From an uncultured Verrucomicrobiae bacterium (GTDB lineage Bacteria; Verrucomicrobiota; Verrucomicrobiia; Chthoniobacterales; JAFAMB01): DNA of 64,000 bases. Under the pieces are notes generated by a model, which was not told where the DNA came from, ran no database searches, and saw only the letters and a list, made by a program, of their open reading frames with translations. Made by a program: the position numbers and the translations under genes. Where the stretch lies: assembly GCA_963762565.1 (NCBI GenBank), contig CAVXLD010000005.1, positions 32,001 through 96,000 on the forward strand, written 5' to 3'. This document shows, piece after piece, positions 40,825-50,781 of this stretch. How positions within the stretch are numbered: position 1 is the stretch's first letter; every line of letters begins with the position of its first letter.

Positions 40825-41926
40825 ACTAAAAGACGTGCGCAAAAGCTTCCAATCGCTGGAAGTGATTCATGGCATCAATCTGACCGTTGAGGACGGATCT
40901 TTCACGGTGTTTGTGGGACCGTCCGGCTGCGGTAAGTCGACGTTGTTAAGGATGATCGCCGGCCTTGAAGAATTGAGCTCTGGTGAAGTCCACATCGGCG
41001 GCAAACGGTGCGATCATCTGCTGCCGTCGGCGCGGGGGATGGCGATGGTTTTCCAAACCTACGCTCTTTATCCGCACATGAGCGTGTATGAAAATCTAAG
41101 GTTTGGTCTGACGAATCAGAAACTACCGAAGGCGGAGATAGACGCACGCATCCGGCGTGCAGCCGATATTTTACGAATCTCGGAGCTCCTCTCGCGACGG
41201 CCATCTCAACTTTCCGGCGGCCAGAGCCAACGGGTTGCCATCGGCCGCGCGATTGTAAAGGAGCCGGATGCGTTTCTATTTGATGAACCGTTGTCCAATC
41301 TCGACGCAGAGTTACGGGTCAAAATGCGGAGTGAGATCGTGAGCCTTCATCGTCGGCTGAAATCGACCATGGTGTATGTCACGCATGATCAAGTCGAAGC
41401 AATGACCATGGCGGATCGGATTGTGGTTTTGCGGGAAGGCGTTGTGGAACAAATCGGCGCGCCGATCGAGCTCTACGCCCGGCCACGCAACCAATTTGTT
41501 GCCTGCTTTCTTGGCACCCCACAAATGAATCTCCTGAAAGCGAAGGTCCAGAGCACGAACGTAAAAGCGATGAATCTTACGATCGATGACGGGCGGGCGA
41601 CGATCGATGCCGCGGCGAATGGAGAGGGCGCTCCGATTGGTGCAGGTTGTAACCTAGGCATCCGTCCCGAGCATCTTTCCCTATCGGATAATGGCCCAAT
41701 CAAAGCGACCGTCATTGCCACCGAGATGCTCGGTTCCGAGACGATCGTCTTCGCTGGTCTGCAATCAGGCGAGAATGTAACCGCTTCAATCCGCGGAATT
41801 CGCAGCTTGCCTCAAGGCACAGCGATTCAGCTGTCCGTCAGTTCACGTTTTGTTCACGTGTTCGATGATAACGGGCTCGCTCTCCCTTCGCTCCGGCCGT
41901 GGCGGGAAGACTATCTCGAAGCATAG
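40811..41926 (+). CDS. Sugar ABC transporter ATP-binding protein (MalK-like)
   Basis: GPSGCGKST, LSGGQSQRVA, FDEPLSNLD; ATG at 40811. Confidence 0.95.
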   Translation: MAKLELKDVRKSFQSLEVIHGINLTVEDGSFTVFVGPSGCGKSTLLRMIAGLEELSSGEVHIGGKRCDHLLPSARGMAMVFQTYALYPHMSVYENLRFGLTNQKLPKAEIDARIRRAADILRISELLSRRPSQLSGGQSQRVAIGRAIVKEPDAFLFDEPLSNLDAELRVKMRSEIVSLHRRLKSTMVYVTHDQVEAMTMADRIVVLREGVVEQIGAPIELYARPRNQFVACFLGTPQMNLLKAKVQSTNVKAMNLTIDDGRATIDAAANGEGAPIGAGCNLGIRPEHLSLSDNGPIKATVIATEMLGSETIVFAGLQSGENVTASIRGIRSLPQGTAIQLSVSSRFVHVFDDNGLALPSLRPWREDYLEA

Positions 41927-42043
41927 GAGCTTCGAGAATAGCCAATAGCCAATAGCCAAGGTGGCCGCTTCGCAGATGACAAATGACAAATGACAGATGA
42001 CAGATTGGATCTGGGGGTGGCATGTCATGGAGCGCGGCGCATG

Positions 42044-42315
42044 AGGCGCGAAGCGTTTAGCCCGGAATATTTCGGGGCGGGAAAGACTTAAGCCTAGGGT
42101 GAGTTTCCGAGCCCTAGGTAAATCAAATTAAGAGGGTCTCGCGCTGAAGCCGCGAAAGAAGCGATTGGTCGGAGATTGGCGCGACTGGATCCTTCACGTG
42201 AGTACAACCCCAGAATCGATTCTTGCGCGCCTTCAGCGCCAATCATTTTTTCTAACCGCATACCTAAGGGCTCGCAGACTCACCTAGGCTATAATCTATC
42301 AGCGCTTCGCGCCTC
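42044..42315. repeat. Long imperfect inverted-repeat element (REPIN-like, family C)
   Basis: gaggcgcgaagcg...agcctagggtgagt...gcgctgaag / cttcagcgc...actcacctaggct...cgcttcgcgcctc; related structures near 60505-60808 and partially 16430-16560. Confidence 0.65.
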
Positions 42316-42388
42316 GAAACGCCGAACGCCGAACGCCGAACGCCGAACGCCGAACGCCAAACGCCAAACGCCAAACGCCAAACACCAA

Positions 42389-45300
42389 TCACTTCTCCAC
42401 CCCGGCCATCTGCTCTTCCTCGTCGAGGGTATCGTTGTCCTGTTCCCGGCCGCGGTCTGTTGCTTTCTTCCTACCAATCCTGCCTCCAAACAGCTTCATC
42501 AGAATGGAGAAAAAGATCGGCGTGAATAGCACGCCAAAGAACGTCACCCCAATCATTCCGGCAAACACGGCGGTCCCGAGCGCCTGATCCATCTCAGCAC
42601 CTGCTCCGACAGCGACAACCAGTGGTAACACCCCGAGGATGAATGCGAACGAGGTCATGAGAATCGGACGCAAGCGGAGCCGGGCGGCTTCCGCCGCTGC
42701 TTCGAATCGATCTTTGCCCGAGTCAATTTGTTGGCGCGCGAATTCGACGATCAGAATGGCGTTCTTACAGGCTAAACCAACCAACACCACAAACCCGATC
42801 TGGGTGAAAATATTGTTGTCCTGACCGCGTAGATAAACGCCGGTCATCGCCGATAAGAGGCACATCGGAACAATGAGAATAACGGCCAATGGCAGAGACC
42901 AACTTTCATACTGCGCAGCTAATGCTAAAAACACGAAGAGGACGCAAAGGGGAAAGATGAAGACAGCGGTGTTGCCTTCGCTGACTTCTTGGAAAGTCAA
43001 TTGGGTCCATTCGTAACTGAATTGGCTCGGTAAAGTTTGCCGGCAAATCCGCTCCATCTTCTCGATCACTTGCCCAGAACTAATGCCTGGCGCAGCGGCG
43101 CCCTGAATCAGGGCGGCAGGATATACATTGTAGTGGCCGACGGTATCAGGACCGTTGATCTGCTGAACATCCAACAGACTTCCCAGCGGCACCATACCGC
43201 CCGAGTTATTGCGCGTATACATCCTTCGGATTTGATCTGCGCTTTTCCGGAAATCGGCATCCGCTTGCACGTTTACCTGATAGGTACGGCCCAGGAAGTT
43301 GAAGTCGTTGACATAGTTAGCGCCCAGATAGCTTTGTAGCGTGTCAAAGACCGAACTGATCGGAACGTCCAGGGTCTGCACTTTCTCTCGGTCGATGTTA
43401 AGAAAGAGCTGCGGTACCTGCGAACGATAAGTGGTGAAGACGCCGGCTAATCCAGGCTCTGCATTCGCGGCAGTCACCACCGCATCGGTGGCCTCTTGCA
43501 AGGCGTTTAAACCAGCGTTTCTGCGATCTTCAATCTCCAACTGAAAGCCGCCGGCATTGCCCAGTCCTTGAACCGACGGAGGTTGAATCGCGATCACGAA
43601 CGCATCCTGTATTGAGCTGAAGGCGCCCTGTAACTTTTTGACGATCGCGCTGGCCATCTGCTCCGGATGTCCAATCCGTTCGCTGAACGGCTTCAATGGG
43701 AAGAACACAGTCAAAGCGTTAGATTTGGTTGTGTTATCTAAGATAGACAGACCTTCGATCGCAAAAGTCAGCTCTACGCCAGGCATGCCATTCGCGATCT
43801 CTCCGATCCGGCGCATCACGGCGTCGTTTCGTTGCAGGGAAGCGCCGTCTGGCAGTTGGGCAAATACGATGAGATAGCCTTGGTCCATCGTCGGGATGAA
43901 CCCGCCCGGTACGGTCTTGAACAAGGTTCCCGTCAGGAAGATCAACCCGAGGTAGACGGCCAATGCCAATCCGCTGACCCGAAGCAGTCGCCGGACAATT
44001 TTTCCGTAAGCGTTAATTCCGGCGTCGAAGGTTCGATTGAACAATCGAAAGAACCAGCCCAGCAGGGTGTCAATCACTCGAGTCAGCAGATCTTTTTTGA
44101 CATGACCGGGTTTGATCAACATGGCGGCCAAAGCCGGACTTAAGGTGAGAGAATTAAATGCAGAAATGAGTGTGGCGATCGCAATCGTCAATGCGAACTG
44201 CCGATAAAATTGGCCACTGATTCCGCTGACCAAGGCGGTCGGCACAAAGACCGCCGTCAAGACAACCGCGATGGAGATAATCGCAGCACCGACCTCATCC
44301 ATCGCTTTTCTGGTTGCTTCCTTTGGTGAAAAACCGTGCTCGATCCAGCGTTCCACGTTTTCCACCACCACAATGGCGTCATCGACCACGATCCCGATCG
44401 CCAGGACTAATCCGAAGAGCGAAAGAGAATTCAGCGAGAAGCCCATTGCCAGCATAACGGCCAACGTCCCGATCAAGGACACCGGAACTGCGATCAAAGG
44501 AATTAAGGCGATTCTCCACGATTGCAGGAATACCATGACGACGATCACCACGAGAATAATGGCGTCTCGTAGAGTCTCGTAGACAGCATCGATTGATTGC
44601 TGAGTGAAAAGGGTTGGATCGTAGGGAATCGAGTACTCCATTCCGGCCGGGAACGACTTGGCCATTTCCGCGATCGACTGTTTCACGAGCGCTGCCGTTT
44701 TCAGCTCGTTGGATCCAGGCAACTGAAAAATACCAATACCAATCGCCGGGATCGTGCCATTTTCGTAAGTGCTGCTGGTATAGGCTTCTCCGCCTAGCTC
44801 AATCCGGGCGACGTCACCGAGGTATACCAACTGCCCGTTACTTCCTCGTTTCAAAGTGATCTTGGAAAATTGCGCCGGAGTAACTAAACGACCCTTGGCG
44901 TTTAAGATTACCTGAAACTCTGTCTTAGGATTGGCGGGTTCAGCGCCGACCGCACCGGGTGCAACCTGAACGTTCTGCGCCTGGATCGCATTGACCACAT
45001 CATCAGTGGTCAAGCCGCGAGAGTACATCAAGTCCGGATTTAACCAGATCCGCATGCTGTAAGGTTGCGCGCCAAACACCTGAACATTGCCGACTCCCGG
45101 AAGTCTTTTGAGCGTATCCAAAAGCTGGGTGTAGGCGTAGTTACTTAAGTAAAGAGGGCTGTACGTGTTGCTCTTCGATGTCAACCCGATAGCCATTAAA
45201 ATGTTGGGCGATTGTTTCTGGACGGTGACGCCGATATTTCTTACCTCCGCGGGCAATTGCGGCTCCGCGATCTGGACCCGGTTTTGGACCAGGACTTGCG

Positions 45301-45613
45301 CGATGTTAGGATCGGTTCCTAACTTGAACGTCACGGTGAGCTGCATCGTTCCGTCCATCGCGGAAACGGAAGACATGTAGAGCATGTTCTCTACACCGTT
45401 CACTTGTTGCTCGATCGGCTGCGCTACTTCCTCGGCCAATGTCTTTGGATCCGCCCCCGGATATTGGGCCTCAACCACCACAGTCGGGGGCGCAATCTCA
45501 GGGTATTGGGCCACGGGCAATACCGTGTAAGCGATCGCCCCCAGCAACACCGTGACGATCGAAATGACAATGGCGAAGATAGGCCTATCAATAAAAAAAT
45601 GAGACAGCTTCAT
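42389..45613 (-). CDS. RND efflux permease (HAE1/AcrB family)
   Basis: FFIDRPIFA, LPVAQYPEIAPP, GIVVDDAIVVVEN, RLRPILMTS. Confidence 0.95.
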   Translation of the reverse strand: MKLSHFFIDRPIFAIVISIVTVLLGAIAYTVLPVAQYPEIAPPTVVVEAQYPGADPKTLAEEVAQPIEQQVNGVENMLYMSSVSAMDGTMQLTVTFKLGTDPNIAQVLVQNRVQIAEPQLPAEVRNIGVTVQKQSPNILMAIGLTSKSNTYSPLYLSNYAYTQLLDTLKRLPGVGNVQVFGAQPYSMRIWLNPDLMYSRGLTTDDVVNAIQAQNVQVAPGAVGAEPANPKTEFQVILNAKGRLVTPAQFSKITLKRGSNGQLVYLGDVARIELGGEAYTSSTYENGTIPAIGIGIFQLPGSNELKTAALVKQSIAEMAKSFPAGMEYSIPYDPTLFTQQSIDAVYETLRDAIILVVIVVMVFLQSWRIALIPLIAVPVSLIGTLAVMLAMGFSLNSLSLFGLVLAIGIVVDDAIVVVENVERWIEHGFSPKEATRKAMDEVGAAIISIAVVLTAVFVPTALVSGISGQFYRQFALTIAIATLISAFNSLTLSPALAAMLIKPGHVKKDLLTRVIDTLLGWFFRLFNRTFDAGINAYGKIVRRLLRVSGLALAVYLGLIFLTGTLFKTVPGGFIPTMDQGYLIVFAQLPDGASLQRNDAVMRRIGEIANGMPGVELTFAIEGLSILDNTTKSNALTVFFPLKPFSERIGHPEQMASAIVKKLQGAFSSIQDAFVIAIQPPSVQGLGNAGGFQLEIEDRRNAGLNALQEATDAVVTAANAEPGLAGVFTTYRSQVPQLFLNIDREKVQTLDVPISSVFDTLQSYLGANYVNDFNFLGRTYQVNVQADADFRKSADQIRRMYTRNNSGGMVPLGSLLDVQQINGPDTVGHYNVYPAALIQGAAAPGISSGQVIEKMERICRQTLPSQFSYEWTQLTFQEVSEGNTAVFIFPLCVLFVFLALAAQYESWSLPLAVILIVPMCLLSAMTGVYLRGQDNNIFTQIGFVVLVGLACKNAILIVEFARQQIDSGKDRFEAAAEAARLRLRPILMTSFAFILGVLPLVVAVGAGAEMDQALGTAVFAGMIGVTFFGVLFTPIFFSILMKLFGGRIGRKKATDRGREQDNDTLDEEEQMAGVEK

Positions 45614-45628
45614 CCCTGTTCTCCGTGC

Positions 45629-46855
45629 TTAGCGACTGGCGGTGTTTACGCTTCCGCCGCCGGTTGACGCGTTTCTTTTTGTGACCGTTGACGGGAAGGT
45701 GCCTTCGTTGGTGGCAAATTGCTCCATTGTACCGTTCTGCGGTTTCACTGGACTGTTCGGCCGAACTTTTATAATTCCGTTAATCACGACTACGTCATCC
45801 GGCTGGAGCCCGCTTTTTACTACCCGCAGGCCGTCTGCCATTGGTCCGATGCTCACGTGACGCAACTGAGCGATATTCTTGGAATCAATTACGTAGACAA
45901 AGTTCTGGTCTTGATCCGTACCCACCGCGCGGTCCGCTACCAGAAGCGCCTCGTATTTCGGGCTCGAGGCAATCCGGATGCGAACAAAGTTACCGGGTTT
46001 CAAGAAACCGTCATGATTCGAGAACGAAGCTCGGATGAGCAAGGTACCAGTGGTTGGATCATACGCATTGTCGGCGAAATTAACCGTTCCCTCATGCGGA
46101 AAGCCGGTCTCATCCTGTAACTGCAGGTAGACCACGGCTTGGCCATCGCTGGTACTGGCCAGTTTCCCCTCCCGCACCAGGCGCTGATAACCAAGTGCCG
46201 CTAATTCGTCCATGCTGAAATAGGCGTAAATCGGATCAATACTCACAATCGTGGTCAACTGTGTAGAATCGGCTTGGACCAAGTTGCCGATATTGACCAG
46301 TTGTCGGCTGACCCGGCCGTCAATCGGGGAAGTCACTCGGGTGAATTCAAGGTTGAGCTGCGCAGCATTGACGGAGGCTTGCGCGGAGATCACCTGGGCG
46401 GCCGCCTGATTCTTGTTCGACAACGCAGTATCGTAATCTTCCTTGGCGATGACGTTGGTCTGCTGCAGGCGGGCTTGTCTTTCGTAGGTTACTTCCTGCA
46501 GTTGTTGATTGGCTTGAGCCTGTTTCAATTGGCCGACCGCCTGATCGTAAACATCTTGATAGGGTCGGGGATCGATTTGATACAGCAAATCGCCCTTGTG
46601 GACCATGTCACCTTCTTTGAAAGGGATATTGACAATGTAGCCACTGACGCGGGCAGTGACATTCACCAGATTCACGGCGGCGGTTCTTCCGGTGAACTCG
46701 TTCCAATCGACGATCTCTTTGCGGACTGGCTTGCTGACGGTAACGCCGGCAGGGGGAAAGGACGGCGCGGCCGGGGGTGATTGGTTGCAGCCGGCGAGGG
46801 CCGCTATGAAAATGGCTAAAGCCAGTAAACGTGTTGTCATGAAGCTCCTTTTCAT
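45629..46855 (-). CDS. RND membrane fusion (periplasmic adaptor) lipoprotein
   Basis: LAGC lipobox, ARVSGYI, GDLLYQIDPRPY, SPIDGRV. Confidence 0.93.
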   Translation of the reverse strand: MKRSFMTTRLLALAIFIAALAGCNQSPPAAPSFPPAGVTVSKPVRKEIVDWNEFTGRTAAVNLVNVTARVSGYIVNIPFKEGDMVHKGDLLYQIDPRPYQDVYDQAVGQLKQAQANQQLQEVTYERQARLQQTNVIAKEDYDTALSNKNQAAAQVISAQASVNAAQLNLEFTRVTSPIDGRVSRQLVNIGNLVQADSTQLTTIVSIDPIYAYFSMDELAALGYQRLVREGKLASTSDGQAVVYLQLQDETGFPHEGTVNFADNAYDPTTGTLLIRASFSNHDGFLKPGNFVRIRIASSPKYEALLVADRAVGTDQDQNFVYVIDSKNIAQLRHVSIGPMADGLRVVKSGLQPDDVVVINGIIKVRPNSPVKPQNGTMEQFATNEGTFPSTVTKRNASTGGGSVNTASR

Positions 46856-46990
46856 TTACCTATCCTAAGAAAGACCTTTGGTTACTTGAGACCTTTATGA
46901 TGCTTAGTCACTATTTGCAAGAAGGCACCTAATAGAGAGTAGGTTACCTTTATGATACTAAGTATTGTTTTCGCCTAATTTTTAGCTATA

Positions 46991-47437
46991 GTGATGACCG
47001 ACGGGCAAATGACTGCTTCCACTGGCATAACTCGAACAAAACCAATGACCTGCGATCGAGCCGCGTTTAATGACCGTTTCTGTCCCGCTCGATTGATCCT
47101 GGATCATTTAGCCGACAAATGGGCGGTGTTGATCGTAGTCCGCCTGGCGTCTGGAACGATGCGTTTCGCTGAGCTCCGGCGAGCCATCGACGGCATCAGC
47201 CAGAAAATGTTGACCGTTACCCTGCGCGACCTGGAACGAGATGGAGTGGTCGTTCGCAAGCTGTATGCCAGCGTACCGCCCAAGGTGGAGTATACGCTAA
47301 CCCCGCTCGGCGTCTCCCTTGGCGATAAGGTGAGCGAATTATGCGCCTGGGCCGAAGCCCACAGCGCTGAGGTTGAAAAAGCGCGTGAACGGTTTGATAG
47401 GCGGAACGGGGCGCCGCTACGCGGCGATGACAAATAG
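46991..47437 (+). CDS. HxlR-family winged-helix regulator
   Basis: CPARLILDHLADKW, RFAEL...ISQKMLTVTLRDLERDG, PPKVEYTLT. Confidence 0.92.
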   Translation: MMTDGQMTASTGITRTKPMTCDRAAFNDRFCPARLILDHLADKWAVLIVVRLASGTMRFAELRRAIDGISQKMLTVTLRDLERDGVVVRKLYASVPPKVEYTLTPLGVSLGDKVSELCAWAEAHSAEVEKARERFDRRNGAPLRGDDK

Positions 47438-47980
47438 CAAATAGCAGATAGCGAATTGATTGTGGGCGTGGGGGCGCCGTTGCCCATGAGCGTGCGACGC
47501 CCATAAGCTCGGTCGGGCGTCGGTGTAAAGGTGTAAGGCAGGACGGCAATTGTCACGAGGGAAACATACCGTGCAGCAGGAGCTCCTCTCTCGGGTTTTT
47601 GCGCAGCTTGTCGGGTTCTTGCGGAAAAGGTGGTCTTGCGCGGACCCGTTGGCCGGGAGGGATCGCGTCCTCGCGATCCGTTGTTACCGAAGCCGCGGAC
47701 GTGTTGTCATTGTGGGCAAAAACATACCTTTTAGTTGTGGCACGTCCTCGCGGCGCGCGGGGATCCGACGTCGCCCCTTTGGGAGAAAAATCGATCGGAT
47801 GCCTTAGGCTATGTCGGGACAGGCAGCGCGCCCTCCCCGATTTGCAACCTACGACCGCGCGAGATTGGGATGCTTTTCGGGAGCGCCCCTCCGGCTGGGC
47901 GCTGCGACCACTTTTCACCTTTCACCTTTCACTTTTCACCCTTCAGGCTTTCCCTACCTTGGCGTGACATTGAATCACCT

Positions 47981-49705
47981 ATGGACTTCGCTAGATGGAC
48001 TCTGATTTCAGCCCTCATTTCGCTCTCTGCGATCGACCTAGTCCAAGCCCAGGCTGCCGATGGCGATGTTGGCCACGGGAAGGCGCTATTTCAGCAGAAC
48101 TGTTCGCTTTGTCATGCTGATACCGCTGGCCCGGGAACGGTTGCCAAAGAAGGGCCGAGCCTCGTCGGTGTGTTTGGGAGACGCGCTGCGTCCGGGCCAA
48201 ATTTCAATTACACGAAATCGCTGAAAGAATCTGGGGTCAATTGGGATGCATCGACTTTGGACCGGTTTCTGACGAACCCGACCACTATGGTTCCGGGGAC
48301 GACGATGGCGATGATCGTTGCTAACCGTGCAGATCGTGCGGATGTGATTCGTTATCTATCGAGCTTAAAAGCTCCTGCTGAAGTTGCCGTTGCTCAACCG
48401 ACCCCTGCGCCTCTCCGAAATAAAAACGATCCGGGCGACTGGCGTAATGCTGCACCTGGCGTCAGACATCACATCACCTTGGCCGACTTGCCTCCGCCTT
48501 ATGGCACCGGGTCTGCTGGAAACGGTCCGGATGTCGTGAGACAACCTGCCAATGCCAGATTATCCGTTCCCAACGGCTTCACGGTTCGGTTGTTTGCAGC
48601 CGGCTTTTCTAATCCTCGCCTGATTAGGGTCGCGCCTAACGGGGACATCTTTATTGCCGAGACCAGCCGGAATCGGATACGCGTGTTACGGGCGCCGGAT
48701 GGAGCGTGGGCTCCTTCGATCAATCAAATTTTTGTGGAAGGATTGGACCGGCCGTTCGGGATCGCTTTCTATCCGTCGAACTCCAATCCGGAATGGATCT
48801 ACATCGCCAACAACAATTCAGTTGTCCGTTTCCGTTATCAGAATGGCGATCTTAAGGCACGCGATGGCGCTCAGGTCATCGTGCCCAGGCTCTCGGACAG
48901 CCACGGCGGACATACCACCCGCGACATCGCCTTTTCGCTGGATGATAAACGGATGTTTGTTTCGGTCGGTTCGGGATCAAATGTCGCCGAAGGGATGGGC
49001 AGAAAAAGCAGCGATGCGATTCATAGTTGGGAAAGTGAGCATGGACGAGGAGCAGCTTGGGATGGCGAAACGAATCGAGCCGATATCCTGGTAACAGATC
49101 CCGAAGGCCATGAACCGCTCCATACTTTTGCCACCGGTATACGGAACGGAGTAGGGCTGGCTGTCGATCCGCAGACCGGTCAATTGTGGGTTTCTACGAA
49201 CGAGCGGGATTCGCTGGGCGATGATTTGGTGCCGGATTATGTCACTCGGGTAAAGGAAGGAGGGTTTTATGGCTGGCCTTGGTACTATATGGGAAACCAT
49301 GAAGACCCTCGCCATGCGGGCGAGCGTCCGGATCTCGCCGGCCAGGTTATCGTCCCTGATGTGCTGCTCCAGTCTCACTCGGCCTCACTTGAAATGGTTT
49401 TTTACACCGCAACCAAAGGGGTAGCGGCTTTCCCTGCTGAATACCACGGTGATGTTTTTGCTGCTTTCCATGGTTCATGGAACCGGAGTGTCCGCACCGG
49501 TTACAAGGTCGTCCGGGTCCGAGTCAGTCACGGCGTTCCCACTGGCGAGTACGACGATTTTCTGACCGGCTTCGTCGTAAACGACAATAGCGTCTGGGGC
49601 AGGCCGGTCGGAGTCGCCGTAGCTCACGATGGCGCTCTTCTCGTAACCGAAGACGGGAATGGGACGGTGTGGCGAGTGGCGTTTGCTGGGAGCAGTGAGA
49701 AGTGA
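47981..49705 (+). CDS. Cytochrome c fused to PQQ-dependent glucose/sorbosone dehydrogenase
   Basis: Signal peptide; CSLCH, GPSLVGVFGR, PGTTM; PRLIRVAPNGD, GIRNGVGL, NERDSLGDDLVPDY, HGSWNRS. Confidence 0.9.
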   Translation: MDFARWTLISALISLSAIDLVQAQAADGDVGHGKALFQQNCSLCHADTAGPGTVAKEGPSLVGVFGRRAASGPNFNYTKSLKESGVNWDASTLDRFLTNPTTMVPGTTMAMIVANRADRADVIRYLSSLKAPAEVAVAQPTPAPLRNKNDPGDWRNAAPGVRHHITLADLPPPYGTGSAGNGPDVVRQPANARLSVPNGFTVRLFAAGFSNPRLIRVAPNGDIFIAETSRNRIRVLRAPDGAWAPSINQIFVEGLDRPFGIAFYPSNSNPEWIYIANNNSVVRFRYQNGDLKARDGAQVIVPRLSDSHGGHTTRDIAFSLDDKRMFVSVGSGSNVAEGMGRKSSDAIHSWESEHGRGAAWDGETNRADILVTDPEGHEPLHTFATGIRNGVGLAVDPQTGQLWVSTNERDSLGDDLVPDYVTRVKEGGFYGWPWYYMGNHEDPRHAGERPDLAGQVIVPDVLLQSHSASLEMVFYTATKGVAAFPAEYHGDVFAAFHGSWNRSVRTGYKVVRVRVSHGVPTGEYDDFLTGFVVNDNSVWGRPVGVAVAHDGALLVTEDGNGTVWRVAFAGSSEK

Positions 49706-49855
49706 GAAGTGAAAGGTGAGAGGTGATTGGTGATTGGTGATTGGTCGCCCTCGTACTCGTGCTCGAATGGACGCGTTTCGCTGAGTTTTGCGCAGTATAT
49801 TGTAGCAAAGCGGATTGCATTGTACATTCTGTAGTGTAGTCTCACGGCGTTGTGA

Positions 49856-50449
49856 ATGAATAGGCACCGCCGTCGACCGTTGAGGCTCCAGCTAAGGGCT
49901 CCCAGACAAAGACTTGGTTATCGGAGTTCGCCAAAGGTTTCTCTTAAAATAATCCTGGCAGGGGTGTTGTTGGCGTTGATTATGGCGGCCGCACTTGGAT
50001 TTGCGGCAGTCGCTTTGATGAAAAGCGCGCGAATGAAACATCAGGCACATGCGCCTAGCCCCTCGCCGAGCCCGACAGCGTTAATTGCGGGAACGGTGAA
50101 TCCGGTAGCCACAACTATCGCCTCGCCGCCGATACCATCGGTTTCAGCCAGACCGGTGCCGTCAGTTTCGGCCAGACCGACGCCTTCTGTGTTTGTTACA
50201 CCGGTTTCGCGACCCACGGCGGCGGTCAAGGATCGAGTCCCGCAAGAAGCGAAAACGCCTTCGGAAGCAGCCCGCAAATCAGCGGAACAAAGACGTCGAG
50301 AAGCCGAACGAAAAAGAGCTCGTCTCGAGGCTCAATATAAGAATCACCAGATTTCCGATGAGGCGTATAAGCAGGGCCAGCAGGAATACCAAGCGGAGAT
50401 GGCAAAGTATCACAGCGTCGTGGCCGCCAGCCACTCGCCGAGCGATTAG
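49856..50449 (+). CDS. Hypothetical membrane-anchored Pro/Ser-rich protein
   Basis: Single TM, PSVSARP repeats, charged helical C-terminus. Confidence 0.6.
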   Translation: MNRHRRRPLRLQLRAPRQRLGYRSSPKVSLKIILAGVLLALIMAAALGFAAVALMKSARMKHQAHAPSPSPSPTALIAGTVNPVATTIASPPIPSVSARPVPSVSARPTPSVFVTPVSRPTAAVKDRVPQEAKTPSEAARKSAEQRRREAERKRARLEAQYKNHQISDEAYKQGQQEYQAEMAKYHSVVAASHSPSD

Positions 50450-50781
50450 CGGCTTCTCACACGCCGGGAATAACGATCGCCCGGCACGGGGGAGGCCTCT
50501 AGAACAAATCGCGCCGTCGGCGCACTTATGGGAGCTTCTCATCGGAGACGCTCTCGGCCGTCGATCAGGGTGAGGGTCTGGCCGGTGTTGAATGGGACAA
50601 GATTCGCGGGTGGTAGCGGAATACGGCGCTACGCCGGCCACAGCCTGACACGTAATCCTCATTTCGGAAGCAGCTTGAGGCCAAAGGAGTCGATTGGGTG
50701 GAAAAGGTCGCCGCTGAGGCATTTATTTCAGATTTCCATCAAGAACTTTTCGGTTATCGTCGTCTAACTAGATCATAGATC

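Noticed and set aside
46860..46990. HxlR operator between the divergent RND and regulator genes
   Set aside because: Only short palindromes (aggttacct) are visible; too weak to call a site.
47735..47980. N-terminal extension of the 656-aa dehydrogenase ORF
   Set aside because: It translates family A repeat and heptamer tract; the signal peptide starts at ATG 47981.
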